Positions 22,965-36,375 of a stretch of 64,000 bases of DNA are shown here, in pieces. This DNA is from Octopus bimaculoides (lineage: Eukaryota). The notes beneath the pieces were generated by a model. That model did no database searches, was not told the origin of the DNA, and saw only the letters and a list, made by a program, of their open reading frames with translations. How positions within the stretch are numbered: the first letter of the stretch is position 1; every line of letters starts with the position of its first letter. The DNA is taken from assembly GCF_001194135.2 (NCBI RefSeq), contig NC_068988.1:28622397-28686396 (forward strand), read 5' to 3'. Made by a program: the position numbers and the translations under genes.

Positions 22965-24157
22965 GTAAGAGGCTATTTAACATCTATTTAATTTTTTTTC
23001 TTTTTCTTGTGAGGTAACATGCAGTTTGCTTTCATAAAAGAAAAAAAATGAAAGTAAATTATCCTTAAAAAGTGGAAATTGTGATAGAAACTGGAAGTGA
23101 CGGCAGTAACATACCAAATTTTTAGAAGCAGAACCTACAGAACACCCTCATTATGCTGCATCCACTGGCACCAAGGAGTGATATGTTAAGTATTTCAGGA
23201 AAAGCAACTGAAGTACATGATTCCAACATACTGTATCCAGCAATGAACACTATACAGCAGGCAGTTTGATGCTTGCATGTGGACGCATGATAGCCAACAC
23301 AGTTACATGTGAGCAATGCAATAATCCTGCATGATTAAGGAGTTGTACTGAAAAAACCAACTGGAAGTAAGGGCATTGTTCCTATTGATTTACTTGGGCT
23401 ATATGAGCCAATCCCCTTTTTTCAAGAGGAGCCATTTGATTTTCGGTTTCTATCGCAATTTACTTTCATTTATTTTAAAGATGATTTACTTTCACTTTTT
23501 CTGTCACTAAAATTACCTTTTAGTAAGTCCACTAGTTATTCCATTGCCTGATTGGGCAATTTAATTCAATGTATATCACAAGCTGAGACACGACTGCTAT
23601 CTCCAGCAGTTGGGCATCTACCATTGACAAGATTGGTAAAGGTTGAAATCACATGATCTAGTAGTCTTGGCGGTGATTTTTCTCCCGCTAGCAATATAAA
23701 CAAGAATGCTTATGTGCACCAGAAGACCAGACGAGAGTTTCTCCCATGGTAAATATTGCAGTATTTTGTGTTCTAACATGACATTGTATTTTAAGTGGGG
23801 ATAAATATTACATTTTGATATTAAAACTGCTTCTGTCTATTAATTATTTTATTGAAAATCAGTATAAATTACGAACTGATTACATGCAATACTGGCTAAG
23901 CTAGAACACAATACTGTGAAGGCACATGAAAGCAGGGTTGTGAGTTAAACAAAAAATTAGATCAATACTCTTTTTACTCTCTTTTACTTGTTTCAGTCTT
24001 TTGACTGTAGCCATGCTAGAGCACCGCCTTTAGTCGAGCAAATCGACCCCAGGACTTATTCTATCGGTCTCTTTTGCTGAACCGCTAAGTTACGGGGACG
24101 TAAACACACCAGCATCACTTGTCAAGCGATGTTGGGGGGACAAACACATACACACAC

Positions 24158-24190
<33 letters not shown>

Positions 24191-24409
24191 CAATGGGCTT
24201 CTTTCAGTTTCTGTCTACCAAATCCACTCACAAGGCTTTGGTTGGCCCGAGGCTATAGTAGAAGACACTTGCCCAAGATGCCACGCAGTGAGACTGAAAC
24301 CAGAACCATGTGGTTGGTAAGCAAGCTACTTACCACACAGCCACTCCTACGCATAACTGACCTATGAAAGTCACATGATTTTGCAATTAATTTTGGTATT
24401 GTCTTGCAG

Positions 24410-24749
24410 GCATGCTAGACTCAGCGAACGTGGAAAATTGGACAGAATATTTAGGAGAAGAGGCCGAACTAGATGCTTAAAATGGATGAAACATCAAACT
24501 CTAAAGGCAGATGATGAAATGATGGATGAAAAAGATGAAACAGAGGAGATCTTTGAGATTTATAAAGCATCAAACATTCTGTCAACACAACATAATATTA
24601 AGGAAATTCAGATTATCCAGGAAAAATTACTGGAGTCCCTCGGACGCTTCGTTGTCCGGCAGGAACTGTTGTGTTTCAGCAATGGGTTTAGTACTATAAG
24701 AACGCTTGTTTTCATCAGACCATCTCTTTTCATGGAAGTGTACTTTTGA
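24410..24749 (+). CDS. Uncharacterised protein, last coding exon
   Basis: tcttgcag| acceptor in phase 2 continues into the long frame HARLSERGKLDRIFRRRGR...SLFMEVYF, then TGA at 24747-24749. Confidence 0.6.
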
Positions 24750-24784
24750 TGAATGAGGAATGAATGATTAGATAATAAGGCCAT

Positions 24785-24875
24785 AATATATATACATGTA
24801 TGTGTGAGTATATATATTATGCATGTATATATATATATATATATGTGTATAATATATATATATGTATTGTGTATG

Positions 24876-24908
<33 letters not shown>

Positions 24909-25444
24909 ACTGTGTATGCATATATAATTTATATAAAATATATATAGGCATATAATATATATATATGCATATACATATACATATTATATATATATGTTTT
25001 ATTTGTGTATGTATGTGTTTTTGTATGTTATATTTCTAAAATATGCATTTATGTACATATACATGTGTGTGTGTATATATATACTTCTTTAATTCTTTAA
25101 AATGTTTCAGCTTATAAGCTGTGGTCATATAAATATATTATACTACATATATATATTCTACACTATATATATATATATATACATATAAATATATATATAT
25201 ATATTATACATCATCATCATCATCGTTTAACGTCCGCTTTCCATGCTAGCATGGGTTTGACGATTTGACTGAGGACTGGTGAAACCGGATGGCAACACCA
25301 GGCTCCAGTCTGATTTGGCAGAGTTTCTACAGCTGGATGCCCTTCCTAACGCCAACCACTCTATATTATACAATATATATATATATATGTATCTATATTA
25401 TACAATGTATATATATATATATATATCTATATCTATATTATACA

Positions 25445-25482
<38 letters not shown>

Positions 25483-25720
25483 NNNNNNNNNNNNNNNNNN
25501 NNNNNNNNNNNNNNNNNNNNNNNNNNNNNNNNNNNNNNNNNNNNNNNNNNNNNNNNNNNNNNNNNNNNNNNNNNNNNNNNNNNNNNNNNNNNNNNNNNNN
25601 NNNNNNNNNNNNNNNNNNNNNNNNNNNNNNNNNNNNNNNNNNNNNNNNNNNNNNNNNNATATATGTATATATGTGTGTGTGTGTGTTTGTCTGTCTGTAT
25701 GTATATATATATATGCATGC
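24785..25720. repeat. AT-rich low-complexity/(TA)n region with an embedded RTE tail and N-gap (25483-25658)
   Basis: Direct read. Confidence 0.9.
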
Positions 25721-28700
25721 TCATTTGTTTCCCTAAGCTATCACCATATGACAGTGGTCCCTGACCAATGGGAGAATACTGCGACAGGATGGGTACAGGC
25801 TGCTGTTGAATGCATAAACAGCAGACCAGAAATAACCATTAAAAAAAAAAAAAACTTTGTTATGAGACTAATTGAGTCAGGAGAGATAACTCTGAAGGTA
25901 TTACAGTTAAAATCGAAGATGGATTAAAGCAAAGAATGAAAAGTTATGTGATAGACACGAGAATTTGGTGAGTAAGCAGAGATATATGAGGATTAACAGG
26001 GCAGATTAAACCGAATCCTACAATTGCATTGTCAACTACGTAAGTACAAAATGTCATTATCAACTATCTAGACGAAAACAGAAGGTGCATTTTAATAAAT
26101 TCTAACTTTGGGTTTCTTTTTCTACTATAAAATGCACAGCCATTGGATAATCCATTCAGCCAGCGATAGTTGAGAGTTTAAGACTTAATATATGTTCACT
26201 TACGTAATTGTTTGTTTGTGCGTATGTGATATTTGTATCTATGTATGTATATATTCATAAACGTGTGTGTGTCTGTGTATATATATATACATTCATTCAT
26301 ATATATACACACACATACATATATATATATATGCATACATATATATACATACATACATACACACGTAAAAGCACCCACTACACTCTCGGAGTGGTTGGCG
26401 TTAGGAAGAGCATCCAGCTGTAGAAACTCTGCCAAATCAGATTGGAGGCTGGTGTAGCCTTCTGGCTTACCAGCCCTCAGTCGAATCATCCAACCCATGC
26501 TAGCATGGAAAGCAGACATTAAACGATGATGATGACATATATATATACATATTTATTTCAAAAGATCTGGCTTTGAAGATGCTTTCTTGTTCTTTTTATG
26601 AAGTGTCCTGTCCATTATGTCCCAGAGGTGTTCAATAGGGTTCATATCTGGTGACTAGCTTGGCCATGGAACCTTTTTAATGTCATTCTCATCTGACAAA
26701 TTTTGGGTTATTTTAGCCATATGACAAGGAGCCTCATCTTTTATAAATAATCTTCTTTAATCATTTCACCACTGGAGATTGGAAGGAATCCTTTCTGCAA
26801 TGAGGACACATATTTATCTGATTTTATGTTTCCATCACATTCCACCAGCTCTGATCAACCATTGCTCCAAATTGCTCTCCAGTCTATCACAGAATAGCTG
26901 CCGTGTTTCATTGTTGGCTGCAATCTTTTCACATCAAATTCTTGATCACAGTCTCCAGACCCACAGATGAACACCTTTGTTCTGGTCTTCTGAATTATCT
27001 TTGCCTTTCATCCATATAGTGTTGGTATAATAAAGTACTAGTTAAATACTGGGGTCCATTTGATCCGCTAAAGCTCTCCCATTAAACTTCAGTCTATGTG
27101 TTTATGTTTGAACCAATTATTACAAAAAGTAGAAATAAAATACCTCATTGTATTTTAGTCACATTTCATAGTATCTAATTATAGTCTGAGTCCAAATTCT
27201 TATTATCGTAGCCTCTCATCCATCGGAGTTGACATAATAATGTACCAAGTGAAACCATATTACATTCCCTAAAATGTGTGGCCTTGTGCCAATTTTAAAA
27301 GCTGGTGTTATTAATAAAAATACAAGATATGGAAGTAACAATAAAATATCATTGTTCTTATTTCTCTGTTTTTCATTCCATAGAATCAGCTTTACCTTTC
27401 TTTTTACCAAGTTTGATATTAAAAAAACCCCAAAAAACTATGAAGTATTCTGATTGATTTAATAAACTGTACTTGCTTTCAAAAAATGTTGTGTTACCTT
27501 ATATCTGTGTTAAAGATTATTGTTATTAATATGGCAGCATTGGATTGACAGTTGTGATGAATTGGTAACATTTATAAAGCACTTCATAAAATGCCACTTG
27601 GTATTTCATGATTCCTTAAGTTCTGAGTTGAGGTCATCTTTACCTTTTCACATAATAAACAACTAAAAGTGCCACTCATGATTTTCTAACATGCCACCAG
27701 CACAAGTGCTAGAAGTCGACACTGGTAACGATTCTTGGTACATATGAAATTTCTTCCAACTTCTTTTCCCTTATATCAAGCACAACCATTGATGGTAGCA
27801 GGGTCCTGTCTTTCTTCTACTTAAAGAATCAGTTTTACTGTTTCCTTTGAGACATTTCGACTGTAGAGTTTGCTTCCATTTCCTTTCATAATCTGTAGAC
27901 ACATCTCTGACAAAATAAGTCACCAAGTGTTCCCATGGGTGTACGAGACAATTTGATATCACGTAGAAATATAGACATTAACACGTCTGAACATCTAGTT
28001 GTATGTATGAATATATTTCTGCATATGTGCATGTTTTGTCTCAACTCCCAGATTCTATGTCCAGTCAGCCATGCCAAATTATAAACGCCCAAACAGCCAG
28101 TCTTAAACCCTTCTGCTTAAGACTATAATAGAGTGGCAAGAGAGAGAGATAGAACCGAGCCCTGGTAACCCCTCCCCACCTCCTCTTTAAGCTAAATTTG
28201 TTGCTAACTACTACTCCATGCATGGCTTCCACTTCAACCTAAAATTATTTTACCAAATATCTGAGATAGGTAACATTTTTTAAAACAAAGTTGTTACATG
28301 GTTTGGTTTGTATACCTGACAGGTAAGCGGATTCCTGATGTTAGTGTAACAAATGGTTAGCTAATTTGTATCAAAATTCCAGGAGCTTGAATCTTCATTT
28401 CTTTGTACCATAATCATAGCCTTTTATACACATAGAAAGCCCTCATGCTGTTACCTGATGCATGCATTAAAAAACGCCAACATGACGAGATTACAGATGC
28501 CCATCAATGTAGTCTGCAAAAGGGTTTCACAAAAGTGAGCCTTCTATTCATTTGCCAGCCCTGACTGTGATGTATAAAGATGTTGCTGTCATATCCATGA
28601 TGAACCTAAGTACGTGGCTTAGTGGTTATGGGTATTCAGCTCACGATCATAAGGTCGTGAGTTCAATTCCCAGTGGCATGTTGTGTCCTTGAGCAAGACA

Positions 28701-31571
28701 CTTAATCTGATGTTGCTCCAGTCCACTCAACTGATAAAAATGATTTGTACTTGTAATTTTAAGGGCCAGCCTAGTCACAGTCTCCCTGAGAAATACACTA
28801 AGGGTACATATCTGCGGAGTACTCAGCCACCTGCATGTTAATTTCACAAGCAGACTGTTCGGTCGATCAGGTAGCAGGAATTTTCATTGTGTTAGATTAG
28901 CCTAAGCTCAATTATCTAATTGCATACACTCATCACCTCAATATCTCAGCTAACAATACACGTTCACCACTGTTACCTTCCAGGAAGAATTGGCACCTTT
29001 TGTTCTTTGAGGAGTCTGATTGTGGCTCCCTTCTGTCTTACATCTTGTATCACGTATACGACTTACCTCAACTCCGACATCCCCCATATCTCCTGACGTA
29101 CTTGTCATTGTGCCAGCACTGGCAGTAACAGCCTCGAAATTTTTGACAACACAAGAAGATATGGAGTTCTGCTGGGTGTTTGTCTTCAGCACCTGAAAGG
29201 AATAAACAGGATTTTGCGATTGCCAGGCTCTCACATATGGCTTCTATTAATTGGGTGATCTGGCTCGGTTTCCATGGCTGGACACCCTTCCTAATGCCAA
29301 CCATGCCACAGTGTGTACTGGGTGCTTTTGATGTGGTGTCAGCATCAGTATTAACTCTGCTGTGGCAGATGGGTTGTCTTGAGTATAGCACGGAACCTAA
29401 TATAAGGCTCAGTGTCTATAGGTCTGTGTGTGTGTGTGTGCCTTTGTCTAAACATTATGCAATGATTGTAAATGAGCACCATCACCATTGTATAAGCAAG
29501 ATTGTTGTTTCCCCATCTTCTGTGAAAATCATTTCTAGAAATGGAAGATTGTTACCTAGCTTGAAAACTGGTGAAGGCTGGCAACAAGACAGGCATTTGG
29601 CCATAGAAAATCTGCCTCAATAAATTCCATTTGACCAGTGCAAGCTTGGAAAAGTGGATGTTAAAGGAGGAAGATGATTTAGAACAAAACACTTCTGAAC
29701 CAAATTAAATGGAATTTACCCCCCCCCCCCCAAGTCATCACTGGAAGGTCAACAAATAGGCAATATGAACAATACAAAATAGATGTGGCTGCATCAAAAT
29801 TATTGACTTCAGATAATTAATCCAGTTTGAAATGGTTTAAGATTGAATTAAAAATTTGTATTAAAATAGCCACCATAGTTCTTGTTACACTGTCTGCAAA
29901 TGTTGAAAAAGAGATGAGGAACAAGCAGTAACATTAATATTATAAGAGTATTTGAAATTAAATTTTTTTCAATAAAACTGGAATAAAATGAAGCACACGA
30001 GTTGGTTTTCTGTAACAAAAAGTTTCATTTGACAACAGAAACCAACATACAAATGGATTTGATGAATATATTATGATAAAAGAAATAATAAAAATATGAA
30101 AGAAAGGCTACCAAAAACTGAGAATTTTTTCTTTTTCTTTTTTTCCAAAATTTTAATCCAAATTTACTGCTTTAGTAAAGACTTTCATTTTTGAAAGTAA
30201 CATTACAAAATAAAACCCACTCAAAAATAACTACACTTTAAGCTGACCCCTACTGACCCTGTCTCTGATCTCATAAACAAATGATAAGTATTTGAAGAAG
30301 AGTGATGAGATAAAGTAGGTGGGATCAATGACATTTCATTCAAATCTAAATGGCCCCAGTCAGTAATGAGCAGCTTCATATAGCAGATTATATGCAACTG
30401 TAAAGGAATGAGGACAAAGTGACACTTACTGGAGATGAAACGGATTTATAATCTATTTACAAAATACACTAAAACTAAGGCAAGATCTTTTGTTTCTTAA
30501 CAAAACCCAAACAGGTTTGTTTATTAAAAAGGAGGTGGGGAGATAATTGATGGTAAGACACTTATCTTAAATATATTTATGTAAAAAAAAAAAAAAAAAA
30601 AAAATTGTATGATTAGGAAAATGAATGACTAAAAATCAGTTTAAAAGGGAATAAAAACCAATGAGAAAAAAATATCCAAGTTTTTTTTTTTTTGCTTTGT
30701 TTTGTATATGAAGAATTTTCTTTCTTTTTTTTGTTATATCTGAAGTTCTCTTGAAAGTAAGTTTCTGAGGAAATAGTTTTCACACTGCTGAGCTGAATCT
30801 GCATTACATGGAAGGTCTCATCCTGACGCAACCAAATGTTAAGAACTGTTTATAATATGAATGGTTTGAATGATAGGTTAAATCATGAATGAAGAGTCGG
30901 GGAAGAACGGGGATACTTATGGCTGTCTGCAAGACAGTAGCAGGATAAACGCCTGCAACCTAACAGTGTTATATACATTGGCAACAGCAGTGACAATAAC
31001 AACAGCAGTAATGCATGACTGCAGTCAAATGGCTGGTTAATAGAGGATCAAATAAAGAGACAGATAGAAAGAGAGAGCTGGATGCCTATCGTCTTAATAG
31101 TGTGTATGAATGCTAAAGGCAAGCTTAGGATTATGCGTATGATTCAGTTCATAGAGTAGGTTTAAACTGCTGAAACTATACAGAGGCAGTGAAGTTCTTT
31201 CAGCCTGCCAGTCTACAGCAGTATAATGAATGGTAGGAAATAAATTAGCAAAAGAAAGAGAGAGAGAGAGAGGAAAAGATAGTGTATATCTCACTCATGA
31301 AGAGGAGAAATTAAAAAGGGGAGAGGGGGAGGGAGAGAGAGAGAGAGAGAGGTGTGAGGAGTTGATGAGGTTGTTAGTACCACTGTTATTTCTGTTGATG
31401 CTGCTGCTGCTTTTGGTTGTTTGAGGGAGGCTGAACAGAGAGCAATCAAACCAGCCAAAACGCCACCTGTAAATCAACAGAGGTGTTGCTGTTTCTGCGA
31501 CTGCAAGAATGAAGCCACCCCAAACACAGAAACTCTGCACTCCAGATTCTTGCCGCAGCATGCCAAAGGGT

Positions 31572-31586
31572 TCAGTTAGTATCCAT
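31572..31586 (-). CDS. ALYREF: ALYREF exon 6, coding part (MDTN-stop)
   Basis: tatttcag|ATG GAT ACT AAC TGA, phase 0; matches the MDT(S/N) terminus of ALYREF. Total CDS 813 nt = 270 aa plus stop. Confidence 0.8.
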   Translation of the reverse strand: MDTN

Positions 31587-33119
31587 CTGAAATATAAGAC
31601 AAAAAGTCACTTAAAAAGTATAACAAATATGAAAAGAGAAAAACTGATGGTAGAAACAGACATTAGAAGAATTTCCTACACATCGCCATCAAATTGCTAC
31701 CTCTAGCTTTATTATTATACATTGCCAGTGCCGCTGGACTGGCTCCTGTGCAGGTGGCATGTAAAAAATACCATTTTGAGCATGGTCATTGCCAGTACCA
31801 CGCGACTGGCCTTTGTGCCGGTGGCACGTAAAAGCACCCACTACACTCTCTGAGTGGTTGGCGTTAGGAAGGGCATCCAGCTGTAGAAATTCTGCCAGAT
31901 CAGATTGGAGCCTGGTACAGCCATCCAGTTCACCAGTCCTCAGTCAAATCCTCCAACCCATGCTAGCATGGAAAGCAGACGTTAAATGATGATAATGAAC
32001 GAGGCTAGAGGTAGCAATCATACTTTTCATGGAATGAAAAATATAGTTCCTGCTTGTAGCCTCTTCCATAATACCATATTTCATATGAAATACATTTAAT
32101 ATATTTAAATTAATTATGAAAATAATCTTAAAATTTGAAGGAGGTTATTAAATTTCTTCATTAATTGATGTACTAGGTTCCCATATGAAATGTAAATCAC
32201 CAAAAATGTTACATAAAAATGATTATGATGGAAAGTCTTAATCTAAATATGAACGCTTTTAAAACGGAGTCTTATTTCACAGAGCTGGATGGAGGTGGTC
32301 TCAGGTGGGTTGGTGCCAAAGGAGTTGAAGACCTAATAATACATTCCTGGTCAAAAGTCTGATTACAAAAATGAAATTTAGTATTTTCTAAATACGTTCT
32401 GTTATAAAAATAAAAACGAATGCTCTCGTAGGTATTTGCAAGTAACCAAATTAATTAGCCAAGACTTCTGATGATTTTAGAAAATTAGAATAAAAATCAT
32501 CAAATTGCAGGTGCAAACTAGAAATGATTATGTAACTTGTGAATTGCATTAGCTTAGAGCACTGATGGCTAAGTTAATAGGGGGCTAAACTAGCATAAAA
32601 ATCCCCCAAAATTTAGCATCTGGTTGCATGTTTGAAGCTGAACACTTTAGCATTTAAATTATTCTCATCATTATCATTTAAATTCCGTTTTCTACACTGG
32701 CATGGGTTGGAGGGCTTGACAGGAGCTGCACTAGGTTCCATAGTCCTGTCTTGTTATGGTGTTTACAGCTGGAAGCTCTTCCTAACACCCACCACTAAAG
32801 AGTGTACTGGATGCTTTTTATGTGACACCATCACCAGTGCTTTTTTTACAGGGCACCAGACACCAATGCTTTTTATGTGGTTCCTTGGTTTTAGGATATC
32901 AATTCTGTTGTGGTGGGTGGGTTTTCCTGAATACAGCAATGGTCCTTTGTCATTTCCTTTGAAAGGGTCAACATTCTGAGACTGATCTATTCTGTCAAAT
33001 GTGATGCTTATTTACTCACATTGCTTTGAATTAATCATGCAATATTTGTTTGTAATTTTGTTAACTTTTAACATGCAAACACTAGCTCAAAACACTAACA
33101 CACATGTCTGACAGGGTGC

Positions 33120-33600
33120 TAGTGTTTTGAGAGAGAAGTCAGGCATAAGAGGAATTAGTTGCTGTGTGCAAGAGAGAAGACTGCGCTAGTTTGGTCATGT
33201 GATGCGGATGGATGCTGACAGCTCCAAAAACTGCCGATCTTCCAAAGTAAAAGGAACATGTGGAAGTGGGAGACCCACGAAGACATGGGACGAAGTACTG
33301 AAGAACAACCTCAGGATGCTGAACCTTTCAAGCAGGATGACAAAGGCACAAGACGCCTGGCACCTTGCCATACTCTGCAGCAGGAGTGTTAAGACCGGTC
33401 CCTCTGGTGGTGAAAAGCATTTGTGGTGGTGTCACATAAAAACACCCAGCACACACTGTACAATGGTTGGCACATTAGGAAGGGCATCCAACCACAGAAA
33501 CCATGCAAAACCAGACTGGTGTCTGGTGCAGCTCTCCAGCTCTGGTCAAACCATCCAACCCATGTCAGCATAGATAATGGACATTAAATGATGATGATAA
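33120..33600 (+). mobile_element. Degenerate RTE LINE 3' fragment in the last ALYREF intron
   Basis: GIRGISCCVQERRLR*FGHVMRMDADSSKNC...GSGRPTKTWDEVL followed by a degenerate RTE tail ending in (GAT)n. Confidence 0.75.
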
Positions 33601-34726
33601 TGATGATGATGAGAAGGCAGTCTTGAAATTTTGTCAGCAGATGTATAAATACCAATGATTCACAATTATGTAGTTTAAATAAAATGAGGAAATATTTCTT
33701 GGTGTTTGACCATGTTGTCGTAATATTGTGAATGGTGTTCTGAAGATCTTCACTTTTGCTATCAAAATACTCTTCCTTGTCAGGAAAGGAAAATTCAGAA
33801 TCAGCCATATCTGATTCACCTGAAGAAAAGTTGCAGTAGCTTTCGTTTTTCTTCTACATTTTGTAAGTCTTCAACTGTGAATCCTTTGAAATTGGAACTG
33901 CTACTTGCTGAAGCCATATTGTTGATTACAAAAATATCAATTTCCATTTCAAACATTGGGAAGGGGTGGAACAGGAGGCATTGAAATTTGCAGTTGAAAA
34001 TTTCACAGTATATACAACTATATTTAGATGGAAATGATCTTATTTCACATTTTCTCTTAGCTTTGAGATTTTGATACAATTGTTAGTTTTTAAAATGACA
34101 TTGTAGGGTAAGTGTGAGAAGCCAGATTTGGCCACTTTGAACATAAAACAGATAGAATATTTAGGCTGGCTTAAATGCTATAAAATTAAATAGCTTTAAG
34201 TGATACCATTGAAGTTTGTTGTTTTAGCTTTAATCAAACAGCCCCATGAATAAAGACAATCTGAGATCACACTCAGATTGTTGTTTGCTATATTAGGGGC
34301 TGCATTGGCCAATGCAGGCATCTTCCTTTAAAATGGTAGGTTATGTCAGGCAGTCTGAGTGCCTACATAGGCGCCCACATAAACTATATCTCTGCTAAAG
34401 TGGAAGTATAATTTATTGCTGTAGATAGGAGCAAAGCAATAAAACCAACAACAAGTGAATGCTTGGCTGTAGTGCTGGGTGTTTATATTGCTTTCCAAGC
34501 AAAGGTCCTTGTGAAAAACAACCGTCCTTGCTAAGGGAAGAGTTATCATATGAAAAGCAAAGATGAGTATTGGCTCTGAGGATCATTGTAGTTTGATAAA
34601 CGAACGTATGAAAAGCCGAGAGGTTAAGAGCTAATAAACAATAGTTTGGAAGAATAAACTTTAGTAAATAAGTCAAAGCATAACGAGATATATAAAAATA
34701 ACAAAGATATTAAACAAGTCCTTTAC

Positions 34727-34877
34727 CCTAGCATTGTATGCATCAAGCTGTGCATCCAATTCTTCAGCTGTTGGTGTTTTTCTGGTCTGACCTCCACGAC
34801 CTCGACCTCCTCTTCCCCGACCTCTTCCTCTTGTGTTCCCAGTGCCACCACCAAGCCCACCCCCTCCTGAATTGTAT
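34727..34877 (-). CDS. ALYREF: ALYREF exon 5 (RGG region and C-terminal UBM)
   Basis: tttgtag|YNSGGGG...RGRGRGRGGRGRGGQTRKTPTAEELDAQLDAYNAR|GTAAAG; conserved C-terminal helix; 151 nt. Confidence 0.95.
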
Positions 34878-35037
34878 CTACAAAACAAAACAGAAGAGAG
34901 AGATTCAACAACACTCAACATGTCCAAATTTTATGAAGTTATTGTCATTTAACAACAATAAAAACCTTCAATTCCATAATCAAAATGCAGTAACAACTGA
35001 ATCAACAGAGCTGGAAGTTAAACAAAGCAATCCTTAC

Positions 35038-35128
35038 GCTGGCCTTCGATTCGATAGACCACTAATTCCCAATCTGTTAGGGCCTTCCGATGTTGTTGCA
35101 CCTACTAGCTGGATATTCATGGCTCGAC
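35038..35128 (-). CDS. ALYREF: ALYREF exon 4
   Basis: tctccag|(G)RAMNIQLVGATTSEGPNRLGISGLSNRRP(A)|GTAAGG; 91 nt, phase 1 to 2. Confidence 0.92.
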
Positions 35129-36104
35129 CTGGAGAAAACAAAAATTTTAATCAAAATGATTGCTTTGAATTGCAGACTGGAGATCATTTCAACATAAACC
35201 AACATAAAAAACTTATGAATGCCAAAAGCATGACCTAATTCATGATTTCAATCTAAGTATAAATTGTCAAAATAGAACAATAAATGTTTTGTGCTTCAGA
35301 AATACAAGTTGAACTTTGCACTGGAAATAAAAGAACTGAAATATACAAAAATGTAAATACTCTCATTAGAATAATATAACTTATCTGCTTTTGTCTTATT
35401 ACTATCAAGGTCAAGATGCCTAGTTTAACATCACCCATCCACTCCTTTACTTTTGATGTCTTTAGCAAAGTTCACATTGTTGCATTTGGACTAAGTTTCC
35501 TGTCTGAGGATAAGTTCCTTCTTTCCTATCATTGTAACTAACTTGCAGATAGCTGGCCTCCTGCAAAACTGAATCTTGGATAATCAACACTTCTTGGACA
35601 GTTGCCAAATGCCTGCAAAATGGAAGTCATTTCTTGCTCAATTATCAAGGTCCTATTAGACTTGGTTAAAGCCAACAGATCTTGAGCTGTCCTCTGCTAG
35701 TGTAGTCAGGGGGTGGTGGTCAATGACAGCACACCAGTGTTTCAGCTGGTTGATGACAAATGTCATTGAACTGAGATAACACTTTGATGCTGCACTAGGA
35801 ATGAAGCAACAAGATTGACAGCCTAAGGTAATTTGGAGTGTGTGCGTGTGCACGCGTTAAAGTATAATTCTATAGTTTGATGAATACTTAATTTAATTAA
35901 TCTGCCTACTTAGACCCTTACTGTAGCAATATTAATTGGTAAAGTGATTTGACTACTCTACATAAAATATTGTAATTCTTTTGTTTTAGTCAGTAGGTTG
36001 AGGCCCAAACCTTGAAGGTTTTTTAGTCAATCAAATCAACGCCAAGACAGACTGACACTTATAGTCCTCTAATCACTGAACTGTTAAAGAATAAAGACAT
36101 TGTG

Positions 36105-36182
36105 AGTTGGAATCAGAGTCAGTATAGTTTTACCGACTCCAACTCCAGCTATCCCTTAATTGACTCCGACTCCACAGCCCTG
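36105..36182. mobile_element. End of a (CCGACT)n-type MITE; related pieces at 37129-37170 and 38160-38200
   Basis: Terminus gactccgactccacagccctg; its reverse complement cagggctgtggagt starts at 37129. Confidence 0.5.
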
Positions 36183-36227
36183 ATTATTACCAGACAAAAG
36201 GAAATATAGAAAGAATATAATAGATAC

Positions 36228-36375
36228 CATCCAAAGGGACATTGTTGTACTGTTTCATAGCTTTGATAGCATCAGTTCGTCTTTCATAAATAACTTCAGC
36301 AGTACCTAATGATCGACCAGAACGATCATAATGAACGGCAGCTTTCTTTAGAGGTCCAAATTCTGCAAATAATTC
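36228..36375 (-). CDS. ALYREF: ALYREF exon 3 (RRM core)
   Basis: ttgtag|[49 protein letters not shown](G)|GTATCT; 148 nt. Confidence 0.95.

Noticed and set aside
27660-28100. Coding-like composition on the minus strand
   Set aside because: Every frame is interrupted by stops and no family motif is recognisable.
34673-34726. Read-through of ALYREF exon 5 giving a hydrophobic tail VKDLFNIFVIFIYLVML
   Set aside because: A strong donor and the downstream MDTN exon explain the gene; T-rich intron sequence gives hydrophobic codons by chance.
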